Source: the human T2T-CHM13v2.0 reference genome, Homo sapiens
Assembly (NCBI RefSeq): GCF_009914755.1
Contig: NC_060933.1
Reading direction: 5' to 3' (one strand)
DNA: 64,000 nucleotides
Part shown: positions 25,933 to 46,676 of the stretch, one piece after another
Position numbering within the stretch: the first letter of the stretch is position 1
Layout: each line of letters begins with the position of its first letter
Program-made: the position numbers and the translations under genes
The notes under the pieces: model-generated
What the model was told of the DNA's origin: nothing
Seen by the model: the letters and a program-made list of their open reading frames with translations, nothing else
Databases searched by the model: none

Positions 25933-26400
25933 TTTGAGTAGAGATGGGGTTTCACCATGTTGGCCAGGCTGATCTTGAACTCCTGACCTCAAGTGATCTG
26001 CCTGCCTCAGCCTCCCAAAGTGCTGGGATTACAGGTGTGAGCCACCAGGCCTGGCCAGGATAGAATTTTAATTTAGTATGTTTGCGTATGAGGCCCTTCA
26101 GCATAGAGCTCTTCTCATATTCAGCCTCATCTCTTACCATCTCTTCTCCCATCCTCTAATCAGGGCATAATTAGTAACTATAAACCTGAACCAACCTCAC
26201 CCACTTTCCCTCTCTCTGGAATAGTTTCTCCAGCCTGCTTTGCATGGCTACCTCTTTCTGATCCATTAGAGTCATCACTTCCTCCAGAAAACCTCCCCAG
26301 ACCCTTCATTCTATGTTCCCTTAGTACTCTGTGTCTTCATTCATCCATTTACTTAAGGCACAATGTTCTACAACTGTGAACAAGACAGCCAAGGTCCCCG
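25195..26400. mobile_element. L2 fragments with an antisense Alu (25722-26056)
   Basis: L2 motifs (ctcctgagctcc...atatccaact-like; tcattcatccattt); Alu TSD aggatagaatttt. Confidence 0.7.
25886..25929. repeat. (TG)22 microsatellite in the Alu linker
   Basis: Direct read. Confidence 0.95.
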
Positions 26401-26446
26401 CAGACCAGGCTAGTTTAATTTGTGTAATTGTACTTAGTGGTGTAGC

Positions 26447-26726
26447 AGCACTGTCCAGTAGAAATAAAATGTGATTGAAAATTTTTAGTAGTCATGTTTA
26501 AAAAAAAAAGTATAATTAATTTTAATCATACACTTCATTTATCCAAAATATTATCATTTGAACATGTAATCTACATAAAATTACTGAGATGTTTTACATG
26601 TGTTGTACTGTCTTTGAAAGTCCAATGTTTATTTTACATGTACAGCACAACTCAAGTTGCACTAGCCATATTTCAACTGCTCAGTGGCTACCTGTGGCTA
26701 GTGGCTGCTGTATTGGACACCACAGT
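26447..26726. mobile_element. MER3/MER33-like hAT-Charlie DNA transposon
   Basis: cagcactgtccagtagaa...gtggctagtggctgctgtattggaca. Confidence 0.7.
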
Positions 26727-27266
26727 AATAACCTAGAGCAATGGTTTCAAATGATATTTTAGCAGTGGCCACCTTCCTCAGATAAAATCTGAGGCTGAAT
26801 CCTATTAGGTAAACCAATCCAGGCAGAGCTGCTCAGGTGGGAGCAGAGGAGCCACCCCAGAACCCCATCTGATGCCTCTCCATGCTCCCCTCACCACCTT
26901 TCCCAGGAAGCCCCTAAAGCAACTCCATAAAAACTCTACCATATCATGGTTCCCAGTCTGTGCCCATTCACAATTGACTCCAGCACATGAAAGAATTAGC
27001 CTTCCAAACAAACTGCATTAACTACTCATTAATCTGTTATCACTTTTTCATTCCAGAGACATATATGGTTACCACTTAAAACTTCTAACTGGAATTAGAT
27101 AACAGATGAGAAAATACACTGAATTGGGGGTGGGATGGGAGTGGTGGAAAGCTGATATTATCATTGGCCATATGGTGGTAAATATTGGCTTTCTATTTGG
27201 TTTTTTGAAAAGTTGAACTTACCTCTGTTACCATCATTACTGGATGTGTGGGACCTTTATTCCAAC

Positions 27267-27318
27267 TAGGGTTGTCTGATAAAATACTGTATTTGATTTG
27301 CGAAATCTGACAACCCTA
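27267..27318. mobile_element. 52-bp internally deleted hAT MITE (MER53-like)
   Basis: TIRs tagggttgtctgat / atctgacaacccta (13/14); 8-bp TSD attcca(a/g)c. Confidence 0.7.
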
Positions 27319-27521
27319 ATTCCAGCCCACTAGTGTTGTGCAGTGGGCGGCGCAGTGCAGTGGGGGCACTTGGGTCCTAATTAACATTAGACAATCATCA
27401 TTAGGTAAGCTAATGTCTCTTACCGTCAACCAATCAAAACAGGACACCAGCCTTTGAAGATGATTGCGGGGATTAGATAAATGATTCGTGATATTGTAAG
27501 CACAGTTTGAAAAACAACAAA

Positions 27522-28848
<1,327 letters not shown>

Positions 28849-30050
28849 GAAATACTATGAATGTCTTTAGTTGGGTTTGAGATTTCCTGGGTGAATTAAG
28901 GATGATGATTTTGGGCATTCCGAGTCTCAAAAGTTCATCCACATAGTATCCTTGAGATTGTATTCAAGGGATGACTAGGAGTTAGTGGGTAAATCCTGAA
29001 GCTGTCCTGAGTGTTTGTACTTCTTCCTCCTGTATTTGACATCAACCCGTGAACTTGCCCAGTTGAAGTTTTCTGTCTTTGGTGCTCATTTTTTCTGCTA
29101 TCATTATTTTTTTAATTTTAATTTTTTATTTAATGTTATTTTTTCATATAATTCTTTGCAGTGAGCAGTCCTTTCTTTACTATAGCACATATGTCCCTTG
29201 CTGGTTAGGAAAATGTTGTGCTATCATCTGGTTTTGCAACATACAGATACAAAATCTGGAGACAGGTTTTTCTCACGGGATATAAACTAGGTAGAAAAAA
29301 AGATGAATTCCTTCCTTTTTAAGTCATTAGCTCTCATAGTAAGAAATGAGGAGGCATGAAAGAATCAGAAAAAATTTAGCAACCTACATAAGAAATTACC
29401 AGCTAAATTATATTTCGTTCACTTTGGACTGCCCAATAATTTTAGGATGTTAAAAAAGAAAAATATGTAAAAGCATGGAAGGAGGGGTGGAGCAGGAAAA
29501 CATAGCATACTCAGGCTTAATATGTACCTTTCTCTGTAACTGACACCTCCATAATTAGCTCATTCCTTGCCTTCACACACCTAACTTTTTACTTATCCTC
29601 TGCATAAAATTTTATTTTTTCTATTTTTTTTTTTCATTTTTGTTTTTTGATTTTGTGTTATTGTTTCTTCTCCTCATAAAATGGTTTGGAATCAAAACCC
29701 AGGCTGAGTAACCAAAGCCTCTTAACTCTCCCAAGCTGCATCTTTCTGTGTAGACTGAGGCCCATGAAGAGACCCCAGAAGTTGCTCTGCATTTGTTGAA
29801 TTCATCCCATGGGGTTCAGTCTGAAGGAGAGCAGATGGTGAACTGCTCTGAGTTTTAAAGAAATGACAAAATGCCTATCTTTTAGGTCCCAGAGCTCCTG
29901 CAGAACCTTAGAAGCAATGATAGATGTAGGGTGTTAAACTTTAAAATAATAGAAAGCCTTCTGGAAATCAACAAACTGCCTTTTGCTAAAGATTCTGGGT
30001 ACCCTAAGTGTGCAAGTTTTGCAATTAATTGGTGTAGGAGATGTAAATGA

Positions 30051-31903
<1,853 letters not shown>

Positions 31904-33368
31904 TCAGAGACCACAATAACGTTCCAGAACATGTGGGAAATTCTGTATGAAGCTAGAGCTAAGATAAAAATAAAGTGGTTTTGAATTTATATCACTACAG
32001 GCAGCTTCCAACCTAAGAAGCAGTTCAGTACTAAAGGTGTTTATTCTCTAAGCTGTTGTTTGAAACTCAGAATTTATTTTTCCACAGAAACATTATAAGT
32101 GATGGAGCTCACAGTTCAGCCATGAAACGTCAATTTAACTATGTGAATGTAAATGACAGATCCATCGTTCTATTTCAAGTTCAAAAACCACCCTTTACAG
32201 GATTGTTCTGATGGGAAGACCTATACCAAGTTCCAACTTACAATACCAGGCACATTCTATGTCCATTAATCTTATGCTCCCATTTAAAAATTATCAGCAA
32301 AAATGTCCAGGACTTCCTAACAGAATGAGATAGATTTAGGTCTCCTGTCCCCAAACTTTCCAGAAGTTATTCCTTGATACCTGCATAGAATAAATGTTTG
32401 GATCAGTCCTTTTTGGGGTGTCTGAATTAGGAGATAAGAGTACTGTCTCCACAGGAAACAGGCTGCAGATTCAGACTTCTTCTATTTGGTGGCTCATGTG
32501 CTAAGGCAGATATGTGGTGGAAAGAGCACCTCAGCAAGGTGCAATTGACCTTGCATGCCTCTATAATCCCAGCTACTTGGAGGCTGAGACAAGAGGATCC
32601 CTTGAGTCCAGGAATTTGAGATCAGCCTGGACAACATAGCAAGACCCCATCTGAAAAAAAAAAAAAGAAAGAAAGACAGATCAACGGATTATGAGTCAAC
32701 AAACTTGAATTTGAATCTTGACCATCACTATGTAACCCTGGATAGGTGACATTACATGTCTGGGCCTTAGTTTTCATTTATCAATATTTTTAAAATGAGA
32801 AATAAATAAGATGTCAAATTTCTGAGAAGAGAACTTACAGCTTTCAAGAGAATTTCAAAGAAATGTATCACCATCATCACCACCCCAAAATTAAGAACCA
32901 CCAAACAAAATGATCTGCTGAGTCCTTTTAGCCCTAGCATTTTAAGTGCCAAGTTTAGTGCCGTTTCTCAGTTAGAAACTGTCTATTCATGATTTATGCA
33001 CTGAGTATTGCAGTCCTCCAAACACTTGGTAACATCCTCCACACTAGTTAAACAATAAGCAGAATAGCGAATAAAGGTTTTATAAACTTTCTACATGATT
33101 TCTCATTCTCTGAAAATCTTTCCTCTTGCTGTAATAAAAGATCTGTCATCCCCAAATCCTCAATTTTCAGACTGAGAGTCTACATAGATTGAACTAATTG
33201 TATAATTTCTACTTTGTGTGGGAGACTTTTTTCTTTTTCGTATCCTCAATCAATTCACCCTTCTGCTTCAATTTACTTGACATATTCCTTGTTCCTAAGT
33301 GTTCCGGAACAAAGACAGAAGTTGAAATCTAAGGTCAATCTCATAACTTAGAATGTTTTCTCTTTCAG

Positions 33369-33469
33369 GAAAAGGAGCGTTGAATTGTTTATCCTGTGTG
33401 TGGAGTTACCACCTCATGGGAGGGATCTGCACCTCGGACTGTCTTGTGGGGGAATACAGAGTGGGAGAG
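33369..33469 (+). CDS. PCSK5: PCSK5 coding exon F
   Basis: tctttcag|GA...GAG|gtatgg; 101 nt, phase 1 to 0; (G)KGALNCLSCVWSYHLMGGICTSDCLVGEYRVGE. Confidence 0.93.
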
Positions 33470-33980
33470 GTATGGAGGGCTGGGGGTCCTGGGCCTTCTG
33501 CTCTTTCTAGAGGGAAACATGAGCTTACTTCCTGCATGTCATTCTGGGCAATCAAAATGTCCCAAAATTCTCATACTATAGAAATAGTGTATGTTTAGTA
33601 TTTTAAAACCTTCTACCATTGCATCATGGAATAATGGTGCTACACACCTGTAGCCTTAGCTTTACTCAAAAGGAACTGAGAAGATCTAAGATAATGGGGA
33701 AGTTAAGTCGTGAGGGCCTCGGAATGAATTCTACATTTGTTATTCATCACCATAGAAGTTTCAGTCAACATAAGAATACTATGTCAGAATACAAACTACC
33801 TTCTCTCTTACTTCTGTCTGGTCTAAGCAGAAATGTGTGAGTAACATAGGAACCACACAGCTAATGTTGGTCTTTTGCTTCCTTTACCACTTTACAGTGT
33901 ATTAAGAAGAATTCATTTGCAGTGTTACAGCTCTTTAGAATTTCTGGTTTCTACCAGAAACCGCCCCCCCCCTGCAATGT

Positions 33981-33995
33981 GAAAGAAAGAAAGGA

Positions 33996-34063
<68 letters not shown>

Positions 34064-34290
34064 AGGAAGGAAGGAAGGAAGGAAGGAAGGAAGGAAGGAA
34101 GGAAGGAAGGAAAGAAAGAAAGGAAAGAAAGAGAAAGAAGAGAGAGAGAGAAGGAAGGGAAGGGAGGAAGGAGAGAGAGAAAGAAAGAGAAGAAAGAAAA
34201 GAAAGAAAGAGAAAGAAAGAGAGAGAAAGAAGAAAGAAAGAGAGAGAGAAAGAAAGAAAGAAAGAAAGAGGTAGGGAGGGAGGAAGGAAG
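33981..34290 (+). repeat. Compound purine microsatellite: (GAAA)17, (GGAA)12, then mixed GA repeats
   Basis: 291 consecutive purines at 33981-34271. Confidence 0.97.
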
Positions 34291-34343
34291 GAGATTCATT
34301 TGCCAAGGAGATTCATTTGCCATGGATTTTCTGAAACCATGAA

Positions 34344-35307
<964 letters not shown>

Positions 35308-36637
35308 TAGATAATAAGTAAATCTCCCCATGATGAAATTAACACAAACTAACATATTTACATATGAGCACTCTTTAAATTCTGGCAACAGCCGTCATTA
35401 CAGTTTAGAGAAACTGAGGCTCAAAGAGGTTAAACAATTTGTTAAAGATTACAGCCTGGGCAACATGGTGAAACCCCATCTCTACAAAAAATACAAAAAA
35501 AAAAATAGCTGGACATGGTGGCACATGCCTGTAGTCCCAGCTACTTGTGGGGCTGAAGCAGAAGGATCACTTGAATCCGATCACACCAGTGCACTCCAGT
35601 GTGGGCAAAAAAGTAAGCCCGTCTCAAAAAAAAAAATTATATGAGTGCTAAGTAACAAAGCTGGGATTAAACCTGAAGGATGAGATAATATGTGAGATGC
35701 AGGATTCAATGAGATAATAACAGCTGAGAAAGCACCTTGTCTGTGCCTGAAACATGCCAAGGTGCTCAACAAAAGCAATTTCCATTCCTTCTTCTTTTTC
35801 TGTCATACCATACTTCCAAAGTTACAGAAGTAAAATAGGAAAGCATCTTCCCTAACCCACATTTCCAGCACCAGTCAAGGAGCAACTTGTCGGGAGGGAA
35901 GCCACTTTCTTCTCATCTCTCCACTCTCTTCCCAAAGAGATTTAACTACTTGAGCTACACAGCCACAACCTATATTATTCTGCGGGCAGACCACAATAAT
36001 CCAGTAACCACAGAGGCCAAGCAGGTCACTAACATAAATGCTGGGTCAAAGAAAACCACAGTGTAAGCTTGATGCTTGAAGGAAAGTGGAAATTGATGTA
36101 TCACCTACATGTTGGTGACATAATAGCAAGTGCTGGGGATTATGTCAAATAGAAGAGTGGAAAGAGGGGTCATCGCCACGTGGGAGTGATGAATCCAGTG
36201 TTGACAGGTCTTCTAGTTTCTAAAGAGAAATTAGGAACAAATTTACATGTGAAATATCCCACTTTTGAGATGCGGGAAATGAATGCAAAATATTTTAAAC
36301 TGAAAGTCAACAGTGTGGGCCAGACAAAACTAGTCCTTGACCTGAGCTGTCCTTGAGCACAGGAGCTGTCAGCTCCTAACCCAAACTGTTCTAGACGTCT
36401 GCTCTCCCACTGTTATTAGCAGATCTCAAAGGACAGGGCCCAGCCGTGATTCCACCCCATCACAGACAGTTGGTTCTTTCACCCAACACAGTTAAAATGG
36501 GCTTAGAACACACCATCCTTCTGCTGTCCCCCACACATCTCCCTCCTTATGAAGACAAGATGAGATACAATCTGGGAACTCCAGTGCCTTGTTAATCCCT
36601 TTACACTCAAAAGGAACCTCTTGATTGCTCTTAACAG

Positions 36638-36824
36638 GGAGAGAAGTTTAACTGTGAAAAATGCCACGAGAGCTGCATGGAATGCAAGGGACCAGGGGCC
36701 AAGAACTGCACCTTGTGCCCTGCCAACCTGGTGCTGCACATGGACGACAGCCACTGCCTCCACTGCTGCAACACCTCTGATCCCCCCAGTGCCCAGGAGT
36801 GCTGTGACTGCCAGGACACCACGG
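36638..36824 (+). CDS. PCSK5: PCSK5 coding exon G
   Basis: ttaacag|GGA...ACGG|gtgagg; 187 nt, phase 0 to 1; GEKFNCEKCHESCMECKGPGAKNCTLCPANLVLHMDDSHCLHCCNTSDPPSAQECCDCQDTT. Confidence 0.94.
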
Positions 36825-37098
36825 GTGAGGGAAGAGCAAGAGCAGCCTGCAGAGGAAGGGCATGTCCTCAAGAAGCCAATGGGAGCAGAGGGAGGGGGGG
36901 ATGGAAAGTTCAGGAGAATCAATATGGCTACCTTTTTATTGAGTGCCTACTATGGGCCTACTGTACTTGAAACTTCATGACCATTGTCTCACTTCACAAG
37001 TAGGGATTATCAGTCCCATTTTACAGATGAGGAGACTGAGGCTCAAAGAGTTGGATTCGCATGCCAAGTCCATACCAATATTAAAAGTTTCATCTGGG

Positions 37099-40983
<3,885 letters not shown>

Positions 40984-41117
40984 TCAGAGACAGTGATTCT
41001 ACCATTTTCAATTTTTAAAATAAAGGTGAAATTCTTTACCTCAGAAACTAATTTTCTCTATTCTATTTCTTTCACTTTTTCCCTCTTGCCTCTTCCTTTG
41101 AGGTCTTCTTCCAACAG

Positions 41118-41527
41118 ACGAATGCATCCTTCGAACAAGCAAGGTTAGGCCTGCAACTGAGCATTTCAAGACAGCTCTGTTCATCACCTCCTCCATGATG
41201 CTGGTGCTTCTGCTCGGGGCAGCTGTGGTAGTGTGGAAGAAATCTCGTGGCCGAGTCCAGCCAGCAGCAAAGGCCGGCTATGAAAAACTGGCCGACCCCA
41301 ACAAGTCTTACTCCTCCTATAAGAGCAGCTATAGAGAGAGCACCAGCTTTGAAGAGGATCAGGTGATTGAGTACAGGGATCGGGACTATGATGAGGATGA
41401 TGATGATGACATCGTCTACATGGGCCAGGATGGCACAGTCTACCGGAAATTTAAATATGGGCTGCTGGATGACGATGACATAGATGAGCTGGAATATGAT
41501 GACGAGAGTTACTCCTACTACCAGTAA
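41118..41527 (+). CDS. PCSK5: PCSK5 terminal coding exon: TM helix and cytosolic sorting tail of PC5/6B
   Basis: ccaacag|AC; (D)ECILRTSKVRPATEHFKT-ALFITSSMMLVLLLGAAVVVW (TM)-KKSRGR...GYEKL...EEDQVIEYRDRDYDEDDDDD...YGLLDDDDIDELEYDDESYSYYQ, TAA at 41525-41527. Confidence 0.97.
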
Positions 41528-43250
41528 ACAGGCACTCCCCCACCAACACCACCATTCCACTCTCAGGCATGCCTGTGAGCATCACTGTTTTTGGTTTTAT
41601 CCCCACACCAGGCTGATGTGTGAGTTTTTCTATTTGTCTTCTTTAACCATGAGTCCAACCAGAATATGTAAGAATGATGAAATACTTTGTTCTTCTTTTG
41701 AGTGGCTAAACTCAATTAACAGTTCCTGTTCAACCGTAATTGAAGAGCAAGGATAAAATTCAGAGGCATTTTCCTCAAAATAATGTGTTAAGACACAAAA
41801 ATGAAGGAAGTGAAAACAAATGAGATTTGTACAAACTCTTCTATGTGATTTTAAAAAAAGGACAGCAGATCTATAGAAATTCTGTTTCCGAGCTGCATTG
41901 TGGAGGTGTCTGCTGCCTCCTGGTATTCTAATTTTTCTTTATCTAATTTTGGGGATAATGGAGGTACAAAGGAGTTGTTGGTTTGGTGGTGTTTTTCTTC
42001 CCTTTAGCTGTCTTTAGGCAGAAATTTGTTTTGTAAGGGCCAAGAAAAGAGGGCTCTTATCAATTGACTCCAGGCCACCCCTGGTGAGCAGAAGAGACCA
42101 CCTGGGCTGGGCTGCTCAGGACCTACTTGAGATAAGGGAAGAAAAGAGAAGGTGCATCATAGCTGAGGAGCCATGAGGTCACCCCAGGCCCTAGTTCCTC
42201 CGCAGGAATCCAGAGTCACAACAATTCTAAAGGCAGAGCAAGCCCAGCGAGAAAGAAATAACTGAATTTCCAGGAACTGCACTCTCATGATTTTCTGGGT
42301 ACTTTTCGCCTGGGAGACATCAGCTAAGACATCGAATAATAAAAGAAAAATGGCAGTGTTAACCTAACATAAAATGGAATAAAATGACAAACACTTCATC
42401 CGCTCTAAAAAATTCAGAGCTTTCCTTCATCAACAACCCATCACAAAACCGTGGACTCTCAATAGAAAGAGTTGGAATAGAGTCTAACATGGAAAAAAAA
42501 AAATCCCAATATGCTGCTCACAAGCTGTACTCTAGCTGCTGACCAGCCTTCCAGCACTGCTCATCACTATGATTTTTGTTTCTAGACTTCCTAGGCTTCC
42601 TTTTTTCCATTCTTCTGTCAAGTGTATTCTTGGATTCATGCAACTGAGGACAGTTTTTGTCCAGATTGTAACACAGAGAAGGGCTCTTGCTATGCAAAAT
42701 GATGTTGGCAGGGTCTTACAGATTTCCTTGTCAAAATAGACCTTACAGGCAGTACTAGAAATGGAGCACCAGAAAGCAAAAATGACATTTTCAGAGAATG
42801 ATGATAATTATAATCTATTGCACACCTACTACCAGATAACAAGCTAAGTAATTCCCCCCCAAAAATGCCCCACTTATCCATTTTGGTACTTACCATACTC
42901 CCATGAGGTTGGTATTGCTATTATTCTGTTCTTGTAGGAAACCTGAGGCTTACAAGAGGTTAGGTAACTAGTCCAAGGTCATGCAAAGCTCAACAAAATT
43001 CAAGAAAAAAGAATGATCACCCTAAAGCGTGTGTTCTTATAACTATGCTACTGAAATAAGGTGGGAAAATAAGCATCCTAAATATAATTAAAGTCATGCC
43101 TATTGTTTTAGTCTATAATATCAATGTTATCTTTACTAAATTCATGGATTTTCTTTTTTTAACATAATGTATCACTGACACAGAAAATCTTTATGAAGAA
43201 GTCTTCAGTTTACTAAAGGCTTGTGCTTCTTTAGAGGAAAGCTCTTAAAA

Positions 43251-43585
43251 CAGGGTTGACAAACAGTCTCTGGAAAGAGCCAGCTAGTAAGTACATTAGG
43301 CTTTCTTGGCCAGAAAGTCTCTGTCATAACCACTCAGCTCTGCTATTATAGCATGAATGCAGCTGGTACATAACGGATGGGTGAGCTGTGCTTCAATAAA
43401 ACCTTATTTATGGACACTGACATTTGAAATTCAGGTAATTTTCACATATTATAAAATTTTATTCTTCTTTTGATTTTTTTCAACCTTTTAAAATTTAAAA
43501 ATGCAAAAGCTATTCTCAGTTCACAGCATTACAAGAACAGGTGGTGGGTCAGATTTGGCCAACAGGCTGTACTTTGCTGACTTTA
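43251..43585. mobile_element. MER58-like hAT DNA transposon in the 3' UTR
   Basis: cagggttgacaaac...gggtcagatttggcc...gtactttgctgac. Confidence 0.7.
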
Positions 43586-43667
43586 TCTTTAAAACAGTTT
43601 TCAGAGATCATACATGTACATGTATGATATGCCTCCAAAAATTTTGATCATTTAAAATTATCTCCTT

Positions 43668-44320
<653 letters not shown>

Positions 44321-44923
44321 AACATTATCTCTTCAAAATGTATCTGAAGCCCTGATAGTTCTACTTTCAATTCTTAGAAACATATAAAAATATATGCATG
44401 ATAGCCATCATATCAATGGAAGACTTTCTCACCTCTGTGGTTGCAGTTAGCTTACAAAAACGAGCAATTTTGCTTATACTGTGTTGTTCATCTTCCTTGT
44501 TAATTCTAAAGCTCTGATAGACTGAGTTTGACATTTCTTTCTGTAAACTGGAAATTGTTTTCTATGAAAAAAAAACTCTATGATACACAGTTAAAGATTG
44601 GTTGAGGTTGAGATGAACTTCAATACTAAGAAAAATTGTGGTGTTCCTCTGTGTGGCCTGCAATGAAAAGAAGGCTCATGCTTGTGTATTGAGGTTTGAC
44701 ATCTTTCCTTCTTTGTTTTTAGTCATGCAACGTCATTCTTAGATGGCTTTTGAATACTATGCTAATGACTATCTAAATAGATAAATATGTGATTGGAAAA
44801 CAAAGTCACCTTTTAGTTTTCTACTTGGAAATATTAAGAGAATCCTTGTAGACTGGAAACACACCAAAAGGCTGGGTAAAGCATGGGAGGTTCCAGTTAA
44901 TAGAAAGTAATTTTAAAATTGGA

Positions 44924-44929
44924 AATAAA
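44924..44929 (+). terminator. Candidate poly(A) signal AATAAA (non-repeat context)
   Basis: ggAAATAAAattaaatc in AT-rich unique sequence. Confidence 0.5.
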
Positions 44930-45161
44930 ATTAAATCAAGACCAGATAATGCTATGGAGACTTACTTATTAAATAACTTTCTGAGCATTTTTATGTGCTT
45001 AGCATTACATTTTCCAAGTAAGAGATACACAACAAGAGTGCTATTTTTTCTTCTTTTTATCTTCCTACACTCAAAGACCAAGCTAGCTTTATCAATTCTG
45101 AATTTTCTCTCCTAAAAATCAGCTCAATCTGTCTTTCTGCCTCATCAGCACTGCCTCAATC

Positions 45162-45622
45162 TAAGGGAGGAAACCACCCCTCATATTGTCTTATGCCCAA
45201 TTTCTGCCTCCAAAGAAAGAAGAAGTAAAAACTAAAAGGCAAAAATGAAATCCACAGGCAGACAGCCCGGCGCTACGCCCTGGGCCTGGCAGTTAAAGAT
45301 CGACCTCTGACCTAACCGGTTATGTTATCTATAGATTCCAGACATTGTATGGAAGAGCATTGTAAAAATCCCTGTCCTGTGCTGTTTCGTTCTGATTACT
45401 GGTGCATGCAGTCCCCAGTCACGTACCCCCTGCTTGCTCAATCGATCATGACCCTCTCACGTGGACCCCCTTAGAGTTGTGAGCCCTTAAAAGGGACAGG
45501 AATTGCTCACTCGGGGAGCTCGGCTCTTGAGACAGGAGTCTTGCCGATGCTCCTGGCCGAATAAACTGCTCCTTCTTTAACTCGGTGTCTGAGGAGTTTT
45601 GTCTGCGGCTCATCCTGCTATA
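45162..45622 (+). mobile_element. LTR2 (HERV-E/Harlequin) solo LTR inserted in an L2
   Basis: taagggaggaaaccacccctcatattgtcttatgcccaatttctgcctcc...catcctgctata; 4-bp TSD aatc at 45158-45161 and 45623-45626. Confidence 0.9.
45560..45565 (+). terminator. LTR2 R-region poly(A) signal AATAAA
   Basis: ccgAATAAActg followed by GU-rich ggtgtctgaggagttttgtct. Confidence 0.55.
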
Positions 45623-46274
45623 AATCAGGCCCTCGGTGTTTCTCATCTAGACCACTCATACTTCTTCCTGAAGTATTGTGCAGCTTTAATCTCCTTTTCT
45701 TTCTCTCCTGGCGTATTTTCTACCCTGCTATCAAAGGTCATTTCTAAGGTTCCTCAGATAATCCCATTCCGGGGTCCCCGTCACCTACAGTGTTTATGAC
45801 ATTCAAAACTTTGTTACATATGGCCACTGGCTCTGTCTCTGGACTTAGCACCCTCAATTTCCTGGCCCCCTCCTTATTTCCCAGCTTCTCCATTATGCTC
45901 CAACAGTACTGAATTGCTTCTAGGCTCTCCAGGATAATATACTGCTATCTCATGCCCTTGGGCACATACTGTTTACTCTCCTTGGAATATTCTTCTCCCA
46001 CCTTAACCAGCTGGAAAATTCCTGACCTTCCTTGAAAAGTCACATGTCCTTATAACCTCCCCTAGGAAGTCTTCCCTAATTTTTGAGAAAGATAATCACT
46101 TTCTCCCATCTCTGCTACCTAGATACTCTGTGCATATAGCTTTTCATATCACCTTGTGATGTAATCGTTAGATTACAAAGCTGTATCCACCGAAAGACTA
46201 GGTACTCCTAGAGGCAGCTACTGTTTCTTTTCTAGAACCCAGCACAGTGCCCAGCAATTGTTTAACAATCAAGG

Positions 46275-46492
46275 ATGACTGGTAGAATTGAATTTTAAGA
46301 AGACAAGACTCAAAGATATGGAGAAATGATCTAGGCCATATGTTGTATATGCAGTGCACTCCTGTTTAATCCTGACAGTAAATGGTAAGGAGGGGAGGAG
46401 GTGGTGCCAGTTACCCATGAAATAGCTACAAATTAGAGCATACAGATGTGGCTTCATGGGAAGATTTGTGCTTAGACTTAATTTGAAAAAGA
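46275..46492 (+). repeat. Inverted repeat, left arm (218 bp)
   Basis: 215/218 identical to the reverse complement of 47414-47631. Confidence 0.97.
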
Positions 46493-46676
46493 GGATGGAG
46501 GCAGGATTCTTTGAAGAAGGCACTGGAGTTTACCTGACTTTTATGATAATAATTATAACAATCAATTACCAAGTATTTGTTAAGTGTCTAGCATGTGCCC
46601 AGCACTATTCTAGTTACTGGAAAAACAGCAACTGGGATCCATCAGATTTGAGTCCTCATGGAACTTTCAATCTAGT

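Noticed and set aside
41072-41560. 162-aa antisense ORF over the last exon
   Set aside because: Shadow of the GAT/GAC-rich sense frame.
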